NCBI GenBank assembly: GCA_943350875.1
Contig: CALRAL010000001.1
Location: 4,829-68,828 of the forward strand
Origin: Candidatus Nomurabacteria bacterium
GTDB lineage: Bacteria; Patescibacteriota; Minisyncoccia; Phycocordibacterales; UBA9973
Direction of reading: 5' to 3'
Length of the DNA stretch: 64,000 nucleotides
Shown: one piece after another, positions 1-10,149 of the stretch
Position numbering within the stretch: position 1 is the first letter of the stretch
How the letters are laid out: every line of letters begins with the position of its first letter
Position numbers and translations under genes: made by a program
The notes under the pieces: generated by a model
What the model saw: only the letters and a program-made list of their open reading frames with translations
What the model was told of the DNA's origin: nothing
Database searches by the model: none

Positions 1-719
1 AAGGTCATATCTGGTGTATAACCGATCAAATATGCCCAACCATTAATTGGATAATCATCAAATACTTCAAGATGAATATCATATAAATGGGGGATGCTTT
101 CTTTTGTTACGACAGTTGAAATACCTATGTAAGCACCAGCTTTCGATAATAGTTTAACTGCTTTCTCAAAGTCATTTTGTGAATTATTATTTTTAGATGT
201 TCTATTTTTTATTTGCCATCCAAAACCATCATATGAAAGGCCAATAGAAAACTTATATTCAGCAAGAAATGTTGCTATTTCTTGTGTTATCAGACTTCCA
301 TTTGTAACTATAGAATAAGAATGTTGGGGGTATTTTTTAACTAGTTCTTTAATTAGTTCGAACTTTATTAATGGTTCACCACCAAAAAATCTTAATTGGC
401 TACTATCCGGTAATTTATCAATAGCTTTACATGCTGTTTGATAATCAAGCGATTTTCTCATTTTGTAATTAGAACCTTCAAAACAATAATGACAGTTATA
501 ATTACATTCCTCGGTTATTTCTAAGGCTAATATTTGGTTAGCTTTACTTTTTTGATAAACAATACTTGAATCAGAATTAACTATTTCTCTAAATGAATCT
601 GATTTAAAAAATTCACTATTGATTTGTTGTTCTCCTAATTCAATTAATTGTTTAGTTTCAATATTGAAAGCATATCCATCTATACAGACCCATTTCCCAA
701 AATACTTAATTTTTTCCAT
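1..719 (-). CDS. Radical SAM enzyme, N-terminal part (gene runs off the window start). CxxxCxxC cluster preceded by a ~75-aa N-terminal extension.
   Basis: Manual reverse-complement translation from the ATG at 719-717 gives MEKIKYFGKWVCIDGYAFNIETKQ...ALEITEECNYNCHYCFEGSNYK... with the canonical rSAM Cx3Cx2C motif. It is not in the ORF track because it leaves the window. Confidence 0.6.
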   Translation of the reverse strand, partial: MEKIKYFGKWVCIDGYAFNIETKQLIELGEQQINSEFFKSDSFREIVNSDSSIVYQKSKANQILALEITEECNYNCHYCFEGSNYKMRKSLDYQTACKAIDKLPDSSQLRFFGGEPLIKFELIKELVKKYPQHSYSIVTNGSLITQEIATFLAEYKFSIGLSYDGFGWQIKNRTSKNNNSQNDFEKAVKLLSKAGAYIGISTVVTKESIPHLYDIHLEVFDDYPINGWAYLIGYTPDMT

Positions 720-928
720 TCACGACCTCTTTTATTTTTTGTTTTCGATGAGCAATATTACTCACATACAGGATACCACATCATGATATAAAATTCAGGT
801 GCTATAAATTTTCCTAGTGTTGTGGTAAACTATAGAAGTTAATAACATTTTATGTTGCCAGAATTCCCAAAGTTCAAAAATATTGAGTTGTCGGACAAGG
901 AAGATGTGGAGAGAGGTGTGGAATTTTA

Positions 929-1324
929 GTGTTATTTAGTACTTTTATGGAAAATGAACAGAAAAAACCAAAGACTTGGCTTATGCAGACACTCATAATA
1001 TGTTGTCTACTTTCTATTGTTGTATCGTTCTATTTTTTCTATTACAAAAAAGATTTTGATTTTATTGTAGAAGTTACTTGCGACAAAACCAAAGAGACTT
1101 GTTTTGAGCGTGATTGTTCCAATCCTGACGATTGCCCACCAAACGGTCTGTCTGATTTTAAAAGGTATAGCCTAAAGGCTAGTGATTTTGATAAGTGTAA
1201 AAATGAAGATTGCGCTAGTGTGTGTGCAAGTGGGGAGATAAAGTGTACAGCAGTAAAATGCGAACCTGATACCGAGACAGGAGAGTCTTGTGTGTCTCCA
1301 GAGATACCAGAAAATAGTCAATAA
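929..1324 (+). CDS. Small Cys-rich protein (131 aa) with an N-terminal TM helix and 12 Cys in the C-terminal half
   Basis: ORF track; hydrophobic segment TWLMQTLIICCLLSIVVSFYFFYY, then a CxxC / CxxxC-rich acidic domain. Confidence 0.45.
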   Translation: MLFSTFMENEQKKPKTWLMQTLIICCLLSIVVSFYFFYYKKDFDFIVEVTCDKTKETCFERDCSNPDDCPPNGLSDFKRYSLKASDFDKCKNEDCASVCASGEIKCTAVKCEPDTETGESCVSPEIPENSQ

Positions 1325-1433
1325 TCTTTAACATCCTTGACTTTTTGCGGGGGGGGGGTTATACTCCCTTTTGGATCAAGGTTCTTCGAAATTCATTGAG
1401 GAATAATACAAGGATCCAGAAAGTGAAAAAAGA

Positions 1434-1925
1434 ATGAAAAATAATGATATTAAACCTTTTAAAATAAGGTTGGTTCATAAAAATGACATTCTAATTCTTT
1501 CGGAAATATTTTCAAAAGTATTTACCGAAGCAGATATAAAAAAGCCTTGGGATAAAGATAATTCATATAAACATCTTATGTACTGGTTAAAAATACAGCC
1601 AGATATGTTCTTTGGTGCATTTAAAGATAATAAACCAATAGGAGCTATTGCTGTTAATATAAAGCCATGGAGAACTGGTATGAGATGTTGTGCTGGAATT
1701 ATTTTTGTTGATTCTCAATATAAAAAACAAAAAATTGCAAAATTCTTGTTTAAAAAAATATTAGAGAAAGCTGTAGGGAAATACAAGGCAATGAGTTTCG
1801 AAGCAGTAACTTTTGCTGGTAAAGATTTCCCGTTGAATTGGTATGAGAGAGTTGGGCTTGTATCTGACAAAAACACAGTACTCATAAAAGGTGATTGTCT
1901 AGATATATTAAAAAATCTCTTTTAA
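1434..1925 (+). CDS. GNAT-family N-acetyltransferase
   Basis: 163 aa; acetyl-CoA binding-like core (IGAIAVNIKPW...GIIFVDSQYKKQKIAKFL), typical GNAT size. Confidence 0.5.
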   Translation: MKNNDIKPFKIRLVHKNDILILSEIFSKVFTEADIKKPWDKDNSYKHLMYWLKIQPDMFFGAFKDNKPIGAIAVNIKPWRTGMRCCAGIIFVDSQYKKQKIAKFLFKKILEKAVGKYKAMSFEAVTFAGKDFPLNWYERVGLVSDKNTVLIKGDCLDILKNLF

Positions 1926-1983
1926 CATCATTTATAATAACACATGCTTTTTATTGGGTATGTGTTATTATTTTATATAAAAT

Positions 1984-3942
1984 ATGACAAATCAAAATAT
2001 ACACAAAGGTAATTTAATAGTAATATTTGGTTTACCTGGTTCTGGTAAATCAACACAATCAATTCTTCTTGAAGAAAAAATGGGTTATAAATATATTTCT
2101 TGGGGTAAAATTACAAGGAATATATTAAACAGTAAATTTGGTTCTGAAGATGATAAGAGGATTATACTTAATAATATAAAACATGGTTTTTCATATCCTG
2201 AAAAGTATATAAAAGAAAAAATAGTTCAGGCTTTTGTTCAAGATTTAGAAGCCGGTAACACTGATTTTGTCATTGATGGTTTTCCAAAAAGAACACAAGA
2301 AGCAAAAGATTTTATAGAAATAATAAAAGAGTTAAATTTGAATTTAAAGTGTGTAATCAATATTGCATGCACAGAAAAAACCCTTTTTAAAAGAATAGAA
2401 AGTAGAAAATATTGTGAAAACTGTGGTAAATTCTTTAATGATATTTTAAGACCCAGGAACGAGGGAATTTGTGATTTTGATTCAGGCAAACTAATAAGAA
2501 GAATTGATGATGATCCAGAGGTGGTAAAATTAAGAATCAATGAATATTTAAATTATGTAAATCCGGCTATTCAATTATTATCAAGTATATCAGAATCTTT
2601 TTTTTCTATAAATGGTGATCAAGACGAATTATTGATATTTTCAGATATTGTTACAAAACTCAAATCTCATAATAAAGATATATTTTCACTATTTAAAAAT
2701 GTTGGACACACACTTCTTCCAACTAAATATGGATATTTTGACATGTATGTTTACCAAAATATTATAAACTACGAGAGTCATGTTGTGTTAACATGTGGTG
2801 ATGTTTTGAATAAAAGAGGTATTCCCATAAGGATTCATTCGTCTTGTGTTACGGGGGATATTTTTCATTCAGAAAAATGTGATTGTGGAAGTCAAATTGA
2901 TCAGGCTATGTCATTTATACAAAAAAATGGTCAAGGTGTCATCTTATATCTTTTTCAGGAAGGGAGAGGTATAAATATGATAAATAAAATAAAAGCATAT
3001 GACTTACAACAAAAAGGATTTGATACTATATCTGCTAATGAATTTTTGGGTATACCAGCTGAAATGAGGTCTTACGAAGTCGTGAAGGATGTATTAAAAG
3101 ATTTTAGTATTAAATCAATACGTTTAATAACAAATAATCCAGATAAAATTTCAAAAATTCTTGATCTTGGTATAAATGTTGATGATACTATCGAACTTAA
3201 ATCAGAACATTTTGTATTTAATGAAGAGTATTTAAAAACTAAGGTTGACCGAATGATGCATTCAAAAAATCTAATTTCAGATATAAATATTAAACATTCT
3301 AATTTATCAGGTACATATCTTGAAATAGAAAAAAAATATTTACTCAAAAAATCTGATTTAGAATTATTTGAAAAGAAATTATTAGAATTATCTTTATCTC
3401 AAATATCACATCAATACGAGAAAAATCAAAACTTTGATAGAAATGGTATTTTTGAAAAAGAAGATGCTAGATTGCGTTTACGTACTAAAATTACGGATTT
3501 AAATGGGCAGACAAAGAATTTTGAATTTACTTACAAAAAAAGACTTTCTATAAAAAATGGTATTAAAAAAGAGACCGAAGTTAGTTATAATTTTGACTCT
3601 AACCAACCAGCAGAAAATCTTTTGTCTCTTTTTAAAATTATTGGACTCAACGAAAGAGACTCATACGAAAGGATAAGAAAAACATTTTCTAACGATGATA
3701 TAAAAATTACCATTGACGAATTTCCTTTTGGTTACATTGTTGAGATTGAAGGGGAAGAATTAAAAGTTTTAGAATACGAAAATTTACTTAATATGAATAA
3801 TTTTATTCAATATGGAGCAAGTTGTGATGATTTATATATGGAACTCTGTAATAAAAAGGGGGTAAAACCGAAAAACTTTATTCTTTTTGGTGATTTAGAT
3901 ATGCCTAAACTTGAAGATTATATTGAAACATGGAAGAAATAA
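1984..3942 (+). CDS. Three-domain fusion: adenylate kinase (P-loop plus Zn-lid), GTP cyclohydrolase II-like, CYTH (triphosphate tunnel)
   Basis: N-terminus GLPGSGKSTQS with lid CENCG...CDFDSG; middle RIHSSCVTGDIFHSEKCDCGSQ and YLFQEGRGINMINKIKAYDLQ...LITNNPDKI (RibA motifs); C-terminus YLEIEKKYLL (CYTH ExExK). Confidence 0.6.
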   Translation: MTNQNIHKGNLIVIFGLPGSGKSTQSILLEEKMGYKYISWGKITRNILNSKFGSEDDKRIILNNIKHGFSYPEKYIKEKIVQAFVQDLEAGNTDFVIDGFPKRTQEAKDFIEIIKELNLNLKCVINIACTEKTLFKRIESRKYCENCGKFFNDILRPRNEGICDFDSGKLIRRIDDDPEVVKLRINEYLNYVNPAIQLLSSISESFFSINGDQDELLIFSDIVTKLKSHNKDIFSLFKNVGHTLLPTKYGYFDMYVYQNIINYESHVVLTCGDVLNKRGIPIRIHSSCVTGDIFHSEKCDCGSQIDQAMSFIQKNGQGVILYLFQEGRGINMINKIKAYDLQQKGFDTISANEFLGIPAEMRSYEVVKDVLKDFSIKSIRLITNNPDKISKILDLGINVDDTIELKSEHFVFNEEYLKTKVDRMMHSKNLISDINIKHSNLSGTYLEIEKKYLLKKSDLELFEKKLLELSLSQISHQYEKNQNFDRNGIFEKEDARLRLRTKITDLNGQTKNFEFTYKKRLSIKNGIKKETEVSYNFDSNQPAENLLSLFKIIGLNERDSYERIRKTFSNDDIKITIDEFPFGYIVEIEGEELKVLEYENLLNMNNFIQYGASCDDLYMELCNKKGVKPKNFILFGDLDMPKLEDYIETWKK

Positions 3943-4943
3943 AAAATCTTTTTATAAAATATTTTAGATTTTATCCTGACATAATATCAACGACGGAACA
4001 TGCTTATATTTCTCCACCATCAAGAATCATAAGTACTTTATCTAAGCTCTCAAATTATAAAAATAAAAAAATACTTAGAATTGTAATTACAGATACTTTT
4101 TCTTTTAATCCAGAAAGTTGTGTTAAGCAAATATGTATTCCTTATTTTTTAGATAAAAATATTTTTACTATTAACAATTCTTATTCAAAAGAGGATATCA
4201 TTGTAAACTTCGAAAAAGATATTTCAAAAATGGAGAATATATTAAAAGATATAAATCCTTTTTCTTTGAAGGAAAAAATAAATTATAATGAGATTATGGA
4301 TTTTTATAAAAATATACTAAAAAATGTTATAAATATTGATCCTGTTTACATTTATAATAATATTATAAAAGAGTTTTCTTTGAGATTTGATTTTTTTGAC
4401 CTATATAAATGGTTACAAGAGACTAATTTGTACAGCGTAGATTCAAGAGAAATGAGAAGTTTTTTAGTAGAAGCTTTTGAAATTCTTTCAAAACATGATC
4501 CATTGAATGTTAATTTATTCATAAAATACATTGAAGTTAAAAAGAGGCTAAAATACAAAGATTCTACTCATGTTACACATAATGTTCTTTGGAATGAATA
4601 TTTATATATATTAAAAGATTTTTCTATCCTTTGTTCTGTTCCTTTTGAAATTATTTTATATGTATATAGTTATTGTGGGGGCTCTCATTTCGGTAATGAT
4701 TATTTGATAGTTAATGACATAAATAAAATTCGAGGTGATAATTGTATTTTACAACTTACAGAACATAACAAAGATTATTTTTCTAATTTAGAAATTAAAG
4801 ATGTTCCATTTCAGGAAGTTAGTTTTGTTCATGGAACATATAAACTATTACACAAAATATATAAGACAATAAATACACTTCCAGAACTTTATGTTATTCT
4901 TGGTTTCTCTTTGCTAAAAGAAAAGCTTTTTAATGATATATAA
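3930..4943 (+). CDS. Hypothetical protein
   Basis: 337-aa ORF, AT-rich codon usage consistent with neighbours; no motif recognised. Confidence 0.4.
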   Translation: MEEIKNLFIKYFRFYPDIISTTEHAYISPPSRIISTLSKLSNYKNKKILRIVITDTFSFNPESCVKQICIPYFLDKNIFTINNSYSKEDIIVNFEKDISKMENILKDINPFSLKEKINYNEIMDFYKNILKNVINIDPVYIYNNIIKEFSLRFDFFDLYKWLQETNLYSVDSREMRSFLVEAFEILSKHDPLNVNLFIKYIEVKKRLKYKDSTHVTHNVLWNEYLYILKDFSILCSVPFEIILYVYSYCGGSHFGNDYLIVNDINKIRGDNCILQLTEHNKDYFSNLEIKDVPFQEVSFVHGTYKLLHKIYKTINTLPELYVILGFSLLKEKLFNDI

Positions 4944-4969
4944 AAATTTATAAATAATTTTGTTACATT

Positions 4970-5470
4970 ATGAAAAATTGGAAACTTTATTTTGAAAAAC
5001 ATTTAAACAGAAAACCAAAGGAACAGCTCATTAAAGCTCTTTCTTTTTGTGCTTCTAAAAATGTGGCGTTAGATTTAGGAGCAGGTACATTGATTGAATC
5101 AAGAGCCATATTAAATAATGGTTTTAAAAAAGTAATTGCGATAGATAATGCGCCAGATGTAGGGCTTTTTGTTAAGAATTTTAATGATGTTAGACTCAGT
5201 TTTAAAAATATATCTTTTAAGGAATATAATTTTCCAAAAAATAAATTTGATTTAATAAATGCCCAATATGCTTTACCTTTCAATGGGGAAAAAGGTTTTA
5301 ATACTTTGTTTAAAAAAATAAAAAACTCTCTAAAAAACAAAGGAGTTTTTGTAGGTCAATTTTTTGGAGTAAAAGATAGTTGGAATAAAAAAGGTTCAGA
5401 CTTAGTTTTTCATAAAAAATCTGAAGTTTTAAAGCTTCTGTCTGGTTTAGAGGTAATAGAATTTATATAA
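4970..5470 (+). CDS. Class I SAM-dependent methyltransferase
   Basis: Motif I-like VALDLGAGTLIE; 166 aa. Confidence 0.5.
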   Translation: MKNWKLYFEKHLNRKPKEQLIKALSFCASKNVALDLGAGTLIESRAILNNGFKKVIAIDNAPDVGLFVKNFNDVRLSFKNISFKEYNFPKNKFDLINAQYALPFNGEKGFNTLFKKIKNSLKNKGVFVGQFFGVKDSWNKKGSDLVFHKKSEVLKLLSGLEVIEFI

Positions 5471-5653
5471 GAAGAAAAAGATGCCTTGCCTGTTTCTGGA
5501 AAAATGAAACATTGGCATTTTTTTCATATTATTGCTAGAAAGTGCTGTTAAGTAATGATAATCTATATCTAACAAATTCAAGTGCTACGTAATTTTCTGT
5601 TAGTATGGTAAAATATACTTGTTTTTGGATTGATATAACTAATTTTAAATTCT

Positions 5654-6463
5654 ATGAACAAAGTTGATGATTATGATAAAATAATGGCGGATCACAGACT
5701 TTTCAACCAAGTGGTTTATACATCATTGACTGAGGCTATAAAAATTTTAAAAGAAAGGCAAAAAGATAAAGGTTTGAGGGAAAAAATTGAAAAACTTTTA
5801 GGAGGAGACATTCCAGAACCTTTAAGAAAAATTGATAAATATGGAATTAGTAGTAAACAAGTAGCTACCCCTAATTTTGATACTAGATGGTTTTTAAATT
5901 TAATGAAAGAGTTTAGTTTAAAACCAGTTTTTTTAGAATATTATAATGATAAATTTACTTCTAATAATAGTTTTAAACATTCCTTAGGACAATTAATTGT
6001 ATATGATAATTTAAATAAAAAAGGTGAACATAAAATAAAAAAAATTACTATTGTGGATTTTAATAAATACAATGGCAAACCTATTAAAGATGTTTTAACT
6101 CTTTGGTCAGAATCACTGATTGACTTTCATAAAAGATTATTTAAAGTTTGTGGTTATGAAAATGAAAATTTATGTTTTTATGATGAATCTAATTGGTTAA
6201 AGAAACATGGTGATAAAGCAAAAGACTATTATGAAAATGATTTGTTGTTATATGTGTATCATGGTATTCTTTTTGAAAATTTTTTATTAACAGGAGATGA
6301 TGGTAATTTTGTTAAAAATATATTTTTACCAGCTTTTGAAAAGGTGTATAATTTAACAGGTTTGAAACCATTAATAGTACCTATACCACCAATGGATATT
6401 GAAGAAGATACATGTTGGTTATCTTATGATAAAAGAATTGAACCTTATATTAAAATAAAATAA
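5654..6463 (+). CDS. Hypothetical protein
   Basis: 269-aa ORF; no motif recognised. Confidence 0.35.
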   Translation: MNKVDDYDKIMADHRLFNQVVYTSLTEAIKILKERQKDKGLREKIEKLLGGDIPEPLRKIDKYGISSKQVATPNFDTRWFLNLMKEFSLKPVFLEYYNDKFTSNNSFKHSLGQLIVYDNLNKKGEHKIKKITIVDFNKYNGKPIKDVLTLWSESLIDFHKRLFKVCGYENENLCFYDESNWLKKHGDKAKDYYENDLLLYVYHGILFENFLLTGDDGNFVKNIFLPAFEKVYNLTGLKPLIVPIPPMDIEEDTCWLSYDKRIEPYIKIK

Positions 6464-6471
6464 AAATATCT

Positions 6472-8133
6472 ATGCTTGATATAAATGCAGTATTAAATAC
6501 ATGTTATATAAAAAAAGAAATAATCACACTGGCTTTTTATTCCCATTTAATCCCAGTATTTTTTTCAATGTCTTTAGCATTTTTGGTATTTGCGAAAGCG
6601 GGTAGAAGTCTGCTTTCAAAAATTTTTCTTTCTTTCATTTTAGTTTTCTCTATTTGGTTAATTGGAGATTTAATAACTTGGACTTCAAATGATTATTATT
6701 TAGTTTATACAACATGGTCCTTTCTTGCTTATATTGAAATTATCTTTTATGTTTTAGGTCTTTATTTTGCAATTCTGTTCATTAGACAAACTGCACTTTC
6801 ATTTTATACTAAAGTTTTACTTTTTATTATTACACTTCCACCACTTTTCATTACTTTAATTAAACAATCGGTTGGAGGTTTTAATTACCCAGTCTGTGAA
6901 GCATTTAATAATAATTTCCTCGATATTTATAAATTAATTATTGAGGTAGTTATTTTAGTTGTTATTCTCATTTACCTAATTATTCCTTTTATTAAAAAAG
7001 TTTCTTGGAGGATAAACAGGGCGAATCTGGTGGTGTTGGGCTCGATGTTCTTGTTCCTGTCTGTCTTTGGGGTCACGGAATACATCGCTTCTATAACTGG
7101 ATATTATGAGCTCAACTTATACAGTCTATTTATCTTACCTATATTCTTGTTTGCTTTGATTTATTCTGTTTTCGATTTAAATATATTTCATGTGCAGGTT
7201 CTAGGCACTTATTATCTGGTAGCTGGCTTTTTGGTACTTACTAGTGTACAGATATTTTTCGTACAGGGTAGCGTGAATAAATTGCTTACACTCATTACTC
7301 TCATATCAGCAGTGGGCTTAAGCTTTATTTTGTTTAGAAACTTGAAGAGGGAATCAGATCAGAGAGTGCGCATTGAAAAGCTTTCAATAGAACTCGAAGA
7401 CACGAATGTCAACCTTGAAAACTTAGTCAAACAAAGAGAGAGCTTGGTGCACCTCGTTACTCACAAAGTCAAGGGTTCGTTTACACATTCTAAATATATT
7501 TTTGCGGGTATTTTAGAGGGGATGTTCGGTGAGGTAAACGATGAAATAAAGAAAAGGGCTACTCAAGGGCTTGAGTCAGACAATGCTGGTATACAGACTG
7601 TGGACCTTGTTTTGAATGCTGCGAATCTGCAGAAAGGAAATGTGAAATTCGACATGAAAGATTTTGATTTTAAAGATCTGGTTTTAAAAACTATAGATGA
7701 TAAAAAGGGAGCAATAGAAGCAAAAGGGTTGAAGTTAGAAACTAATATAAGTGATGGCAGTTATAATACTCTAGGTGATGTATTTTGGCTCAAAGAAGTA
7801 GTACACAATTTACTTGAGAATTCTATCAGATATACAAAAGAAGGGAAGATAATGGTGGGGCTTGAAAATAAACCTGCCTCGACGCAAGGCGGGGACAGTA
7901 AAATTCTATTTTCTGTAAAAGATACTGGTGTAGGGATAACAGATGAAGATAAAAAGAATTTATTTACTGAAGGCGGGCGAGGCAAGGATTCTGTAAAGGT
8001 AAATGTGGATAGTACCGGCTATGGACTTTATTCTGTAAAGATAATTATGGATGCACACAAAGGCCGTGTCTTGGGTGAGTCCGAAGGTCCAGGCAAAGGC
8101 TCTCAATTCTTCGTCGAATTTAATGCGGAGTAA
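6472..8133 (+). CDS. Sensor histidine kinase with a multi-TM N-terminal domain
   Basis: About seven hydrophobic helices, then a coiled linker and an HATPase_c region (N box HNLLENSIRYT, G boxes DTGVGI and STGYGLYSVK). Confidence 0.6.
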   Translation: MLDINAVLNTCYIKKEIITLAFYSHLIPVFFSMSLAFLVFAKAGRSLLSKIFLSFILVFSIWLIGDLITWTSNDYYLVYTTWSFLAYIEIIFYVLGLYFAILFIRQTALSFYTKVLLFIITLPPLFITLIKQSVGGFNYPVCEAFNNNFLDIYKLIIEVVILVVILIYLIIPFIKKVSWRINRANLVVLGSMFLFLSVFGVTEYIASITGYYELNLYSLFILPIFLFALIYSVFDLNIFHVQVLGTYYLVAGFLVLTSVQIFFVQGSVNKLLTLITLISAVGLSFILFRNLKRESDQRVRIEKLSIELEDTNVNLENLVKQRESLVHLVTHKVKGSFTHSKYIFAGILEGMFGEVNDEIKKRATQGLESDNAGIQTVDLVLNAANLQKGNVKFDMKDFDFKDLVLKTIDDKKGAIEAKGLKLETNISDGSYNTLGDVFWLKEVVHNLLENSIRYTKEGKIMVGLENKPASTQGGDSKILFSVKDTGVGITDEDKKNLFTEGGRGKDSVKVNVDSTGYGLYSVKIIMDAHKGRVLGESEGPGKGSQFFVEFNAE

Positions 8134-8175
8134 AAACCTTTGGCGCCTTAGTTATAATTCTGTTATACTTACAAT

Positions 8176-8958
8176 ATGACTTGGGGACTGAAGAGACAGA
8201 TTTTTTATGTGGCAGTAATCGTGCTGTTTTTTGCAGTTTTTGGATATTTAATAATCGCTCCAAAATTAAACAAAGCTCCTACTTGTGTGGATAATACTCA
8301 AAATGGAAATGAGACGGGGGTGGATTGTGGTGGCTCTTGTGCCAAGGCTTGCACTTACCAAGTAGATCAGATCTCTACTTTTTGGTCCAGAGCTTTCAAG
8401 GTGGTACCAGGGCGATATAACGCAGTAGCGTATTTAGAGAATCATAATAAAAATGCATCCATTTATAAAATAGGCTATAGATTTCGTTTTGCCGATAAAG
8501 ATAATATTTATATAGGCAAGAGGGAAGGCTTTACTTTTGTTCCTCCATCTGGGAAGTTCGCTATCTTTGAGCCAGCAATTGATTTAGGCAATTCTATTCC
8601 TATTTATACTAATTTTGAGTTTACAGAGACACCGACTTGGATTCAAGTATCTACAGATAAAATAAATCAGCTCAAAGTCTTGGTTTCAGATATTAAATTA
8701 GAAGGTGAAAATGTTAGTCCAAAACTTTCTGCTACCGTCAAGAATAGTTCACTTTTTAACATTTCTGAAGTGAATTTTGTGACGATTCTATATGACGAGA
8801 GGGGGGATGCAGTATCTGTGAGTAGAACTTATTTAGACCAATTAAAAGGAGAAGAGACAAATACTATTAATTTCACTTGGCCGGAACCTTTCTCTTCGAA
8901 AGTTGTCCAAAAGGAAATAATACCAATGTTCAATATCTTTTTGGCAAAGTTACAATAA
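8176..8958 (+). CDS. Hypothetical membrane-anchored or secreted protein
   Basis: N-terminal TM (IFYVAVIVLFFAVFGYLII); 260 aa. Confidence 0.4.
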   Translation: MTWGLKRQIFYVAVIVLFFAVFGYLIIAPKLNKAPTCVDNTQNGNETGVDCGGSCAKACTYQVDQISTFWSRAFKVVPGRYNAVAYLENHNKNASIYKIGYRFRFADKDNIYIGKREGFTFVPPSGKFAIFEPAIDLGNSIPIYTNFEFTETPTWIQVSTDKINQLKVLVSDIKLEGENVSPKLSATVKNSSLFNISEVNFVTILYDERGDAVSVSRTYLDQLKGEETNTINFTWPEPFSSKVVQKEIIPMFNIFLAKLQ

Positions 8959-8960
8959 CT

Positions 8961-10091
8961 ATGGCAGAAAAAGTTCTTAACAGAATAGACTGGATGGTAG
9001 TTTTCTTTGTGTTGCCGATAATTCTGGCTGGGCTTGCCACCATGAAGTCTTTTGCTGGAGTAGAGGATAGTGATACTTTTTTTAATAAACAAATAATTTG
9101 GGTTCTAATATCTTTTTTAATTTTCTTTGTTTTTTCTTTTATTGATTTTCGTTTCTTAAAACGCACAGATGTACTAGTTTTTATTTTCCTTTTTTTCTCA
9201 GGGATTTTACTAGTGCTTTTTGGCTTAGGAAAAGTTTCTCATGGGGCTAGGAGCTGGCTTTCTCTCGGAGGATTCTCTTTTCAGCCTGTGGATATGATGA
9301 AGCTCACTTTAGTACTCGTTTTAGCTAAATATTTCTCTCGCAGGCATGTAGAAATAAAGGCCATAAAGCATATTTTTATTTCTGGATTTTATGCTTTTAT
9401 TCCTTTTGTTTTAGTCTTGCTCCAGCCAGACTTTGGTTCGGCGATGATTATATTTTTGATTTGGCTAGGAATGGTGTTAGTATCTGGAATTTCTAAAATG
9501 CACTTACTTTTGATTTTCTTGTCTGCTGGTCTTGTTTTTATGTCGCTCTGGTTCTTTGCTTTTGCTCCATATCAAAAAGAACGTATTTCTAACTTCTTGA
9601 ATCCGTTTGCGAATATCCATGGTTCAGGTTATAACGCCTTACAATCCACTATCGCTGTTGGTTCGGGGCAAGTTTTGGGTAAAGGTCTTGGCTTTGGTAC
9701 TCAATCACGACTTAAATTCTTACCTGAATACCAGTCTGACTTTGTTTTTGCAGCCTTTGCTGAAGAATGGGGGTTTATCGGATCATTACTTATATTGATG
9801 CTTTTTGGTTTAGTTATCTGGCGTATTTTGTATTATGCCTCTTTGGGGGCATCGAATTTTGAAATGCTTTTTGGTATGGGTATTGCTATTTTGCTTTCGA
9901 GTCATATACTCATAAATATATCTATAAATTTAGGTCTTTTACCCGTAACAGGGATACCACTGCCATTTATGAGCTATGGTGGCTCGCATTTACTAGCTGA
10001 ATTTGCTGGTCTTGGGATCTTAATGAGTATGAGGAGGTATGCAAAAGGAGCTCATACTGATGATACAAAAAATGAATTTTTAGGAATATGA
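8961..10091 (+). CDS. SEDS-family peptidoglycan glycosyltransferase (RodA/FtsW)
   Basis: Conserved GSGYNALQSTIAVGSGQVLGKGLGFGTQSRLKFLPEYQSDFVFAAFAEEWGFIGS. Start set at the ATG at 8961 (MAEKVLNRIDWMVV) rather than the longer ORF-track start. Confidence 0.8.
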   Translation: MAEKVLNRIDWMVVFFVLPIILAGLATMKSFAGVEDSDTFFNKQIIWVLISFLIFFVFSFIDFRFLKRTDVLVFIFLFFSGILLVLFGLGKVSHGARSWLSLGGFSFQPVDMMKLTLVLVLAKYFSRRHVEIKAIKHIFISGFYAFIPFVLVLLQPDFGSAMIIFLIWLGMVLVSGISKMHLLLIFLSAGLVFMSLWFFAFAPYQKERISNFLNPFANIHGSGYNALQSTIAVGSGQVLGKGLGFGTQSRLKFLPEYQSDFVFAAFAEEWGFIGSLLILMLFGLVIWRILYYASLGASNFEMLFGMGIAILLSSHILINISINLGLLPVTGIPLPFMSYGGSHLLAEFAGLGILMSMRRYAKGAHTDDTKNEFLGI

Positions 10092-10144
10092 CCTCACCCC
10101 TTCGCCCCTCTCCTTGATAAGGAGAGGGGTTGGGGGAGAGGTGA
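10092..10144. repeat. GC-rich palindromic element, copy A (core CCCCTCTCCTTGATAAGGAGAGGGG)
   Basis: Perfect 11-bp-arm palindrome filling exactly the RodA/FtsW-folD intergenic gap. Near-identical cores at 10960-10984 and 11766-11790. Confidence 0.7.
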
Positions 10145-10149
10145 ATTAT

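Noticed and set aside
8829-9166. Minus-strand ORFs and the extended N-terminus of the RodA/FtsW ORF (8877 start)
   Set aside because: They overlap the end of the upstream gene and the start of the well-conserved SEDS protein. The internal ATG at 8961 gives a canonical N-terminus.
10092-10149. GGAGAGGTGA upstream of folD as a Shine-Dalgarno site
   Set aside because: The motif is part of the repeated palindromic element. This genome's 16S shows no anti-SD and other genes lack SD motifs, so the resemblance is coincidental.
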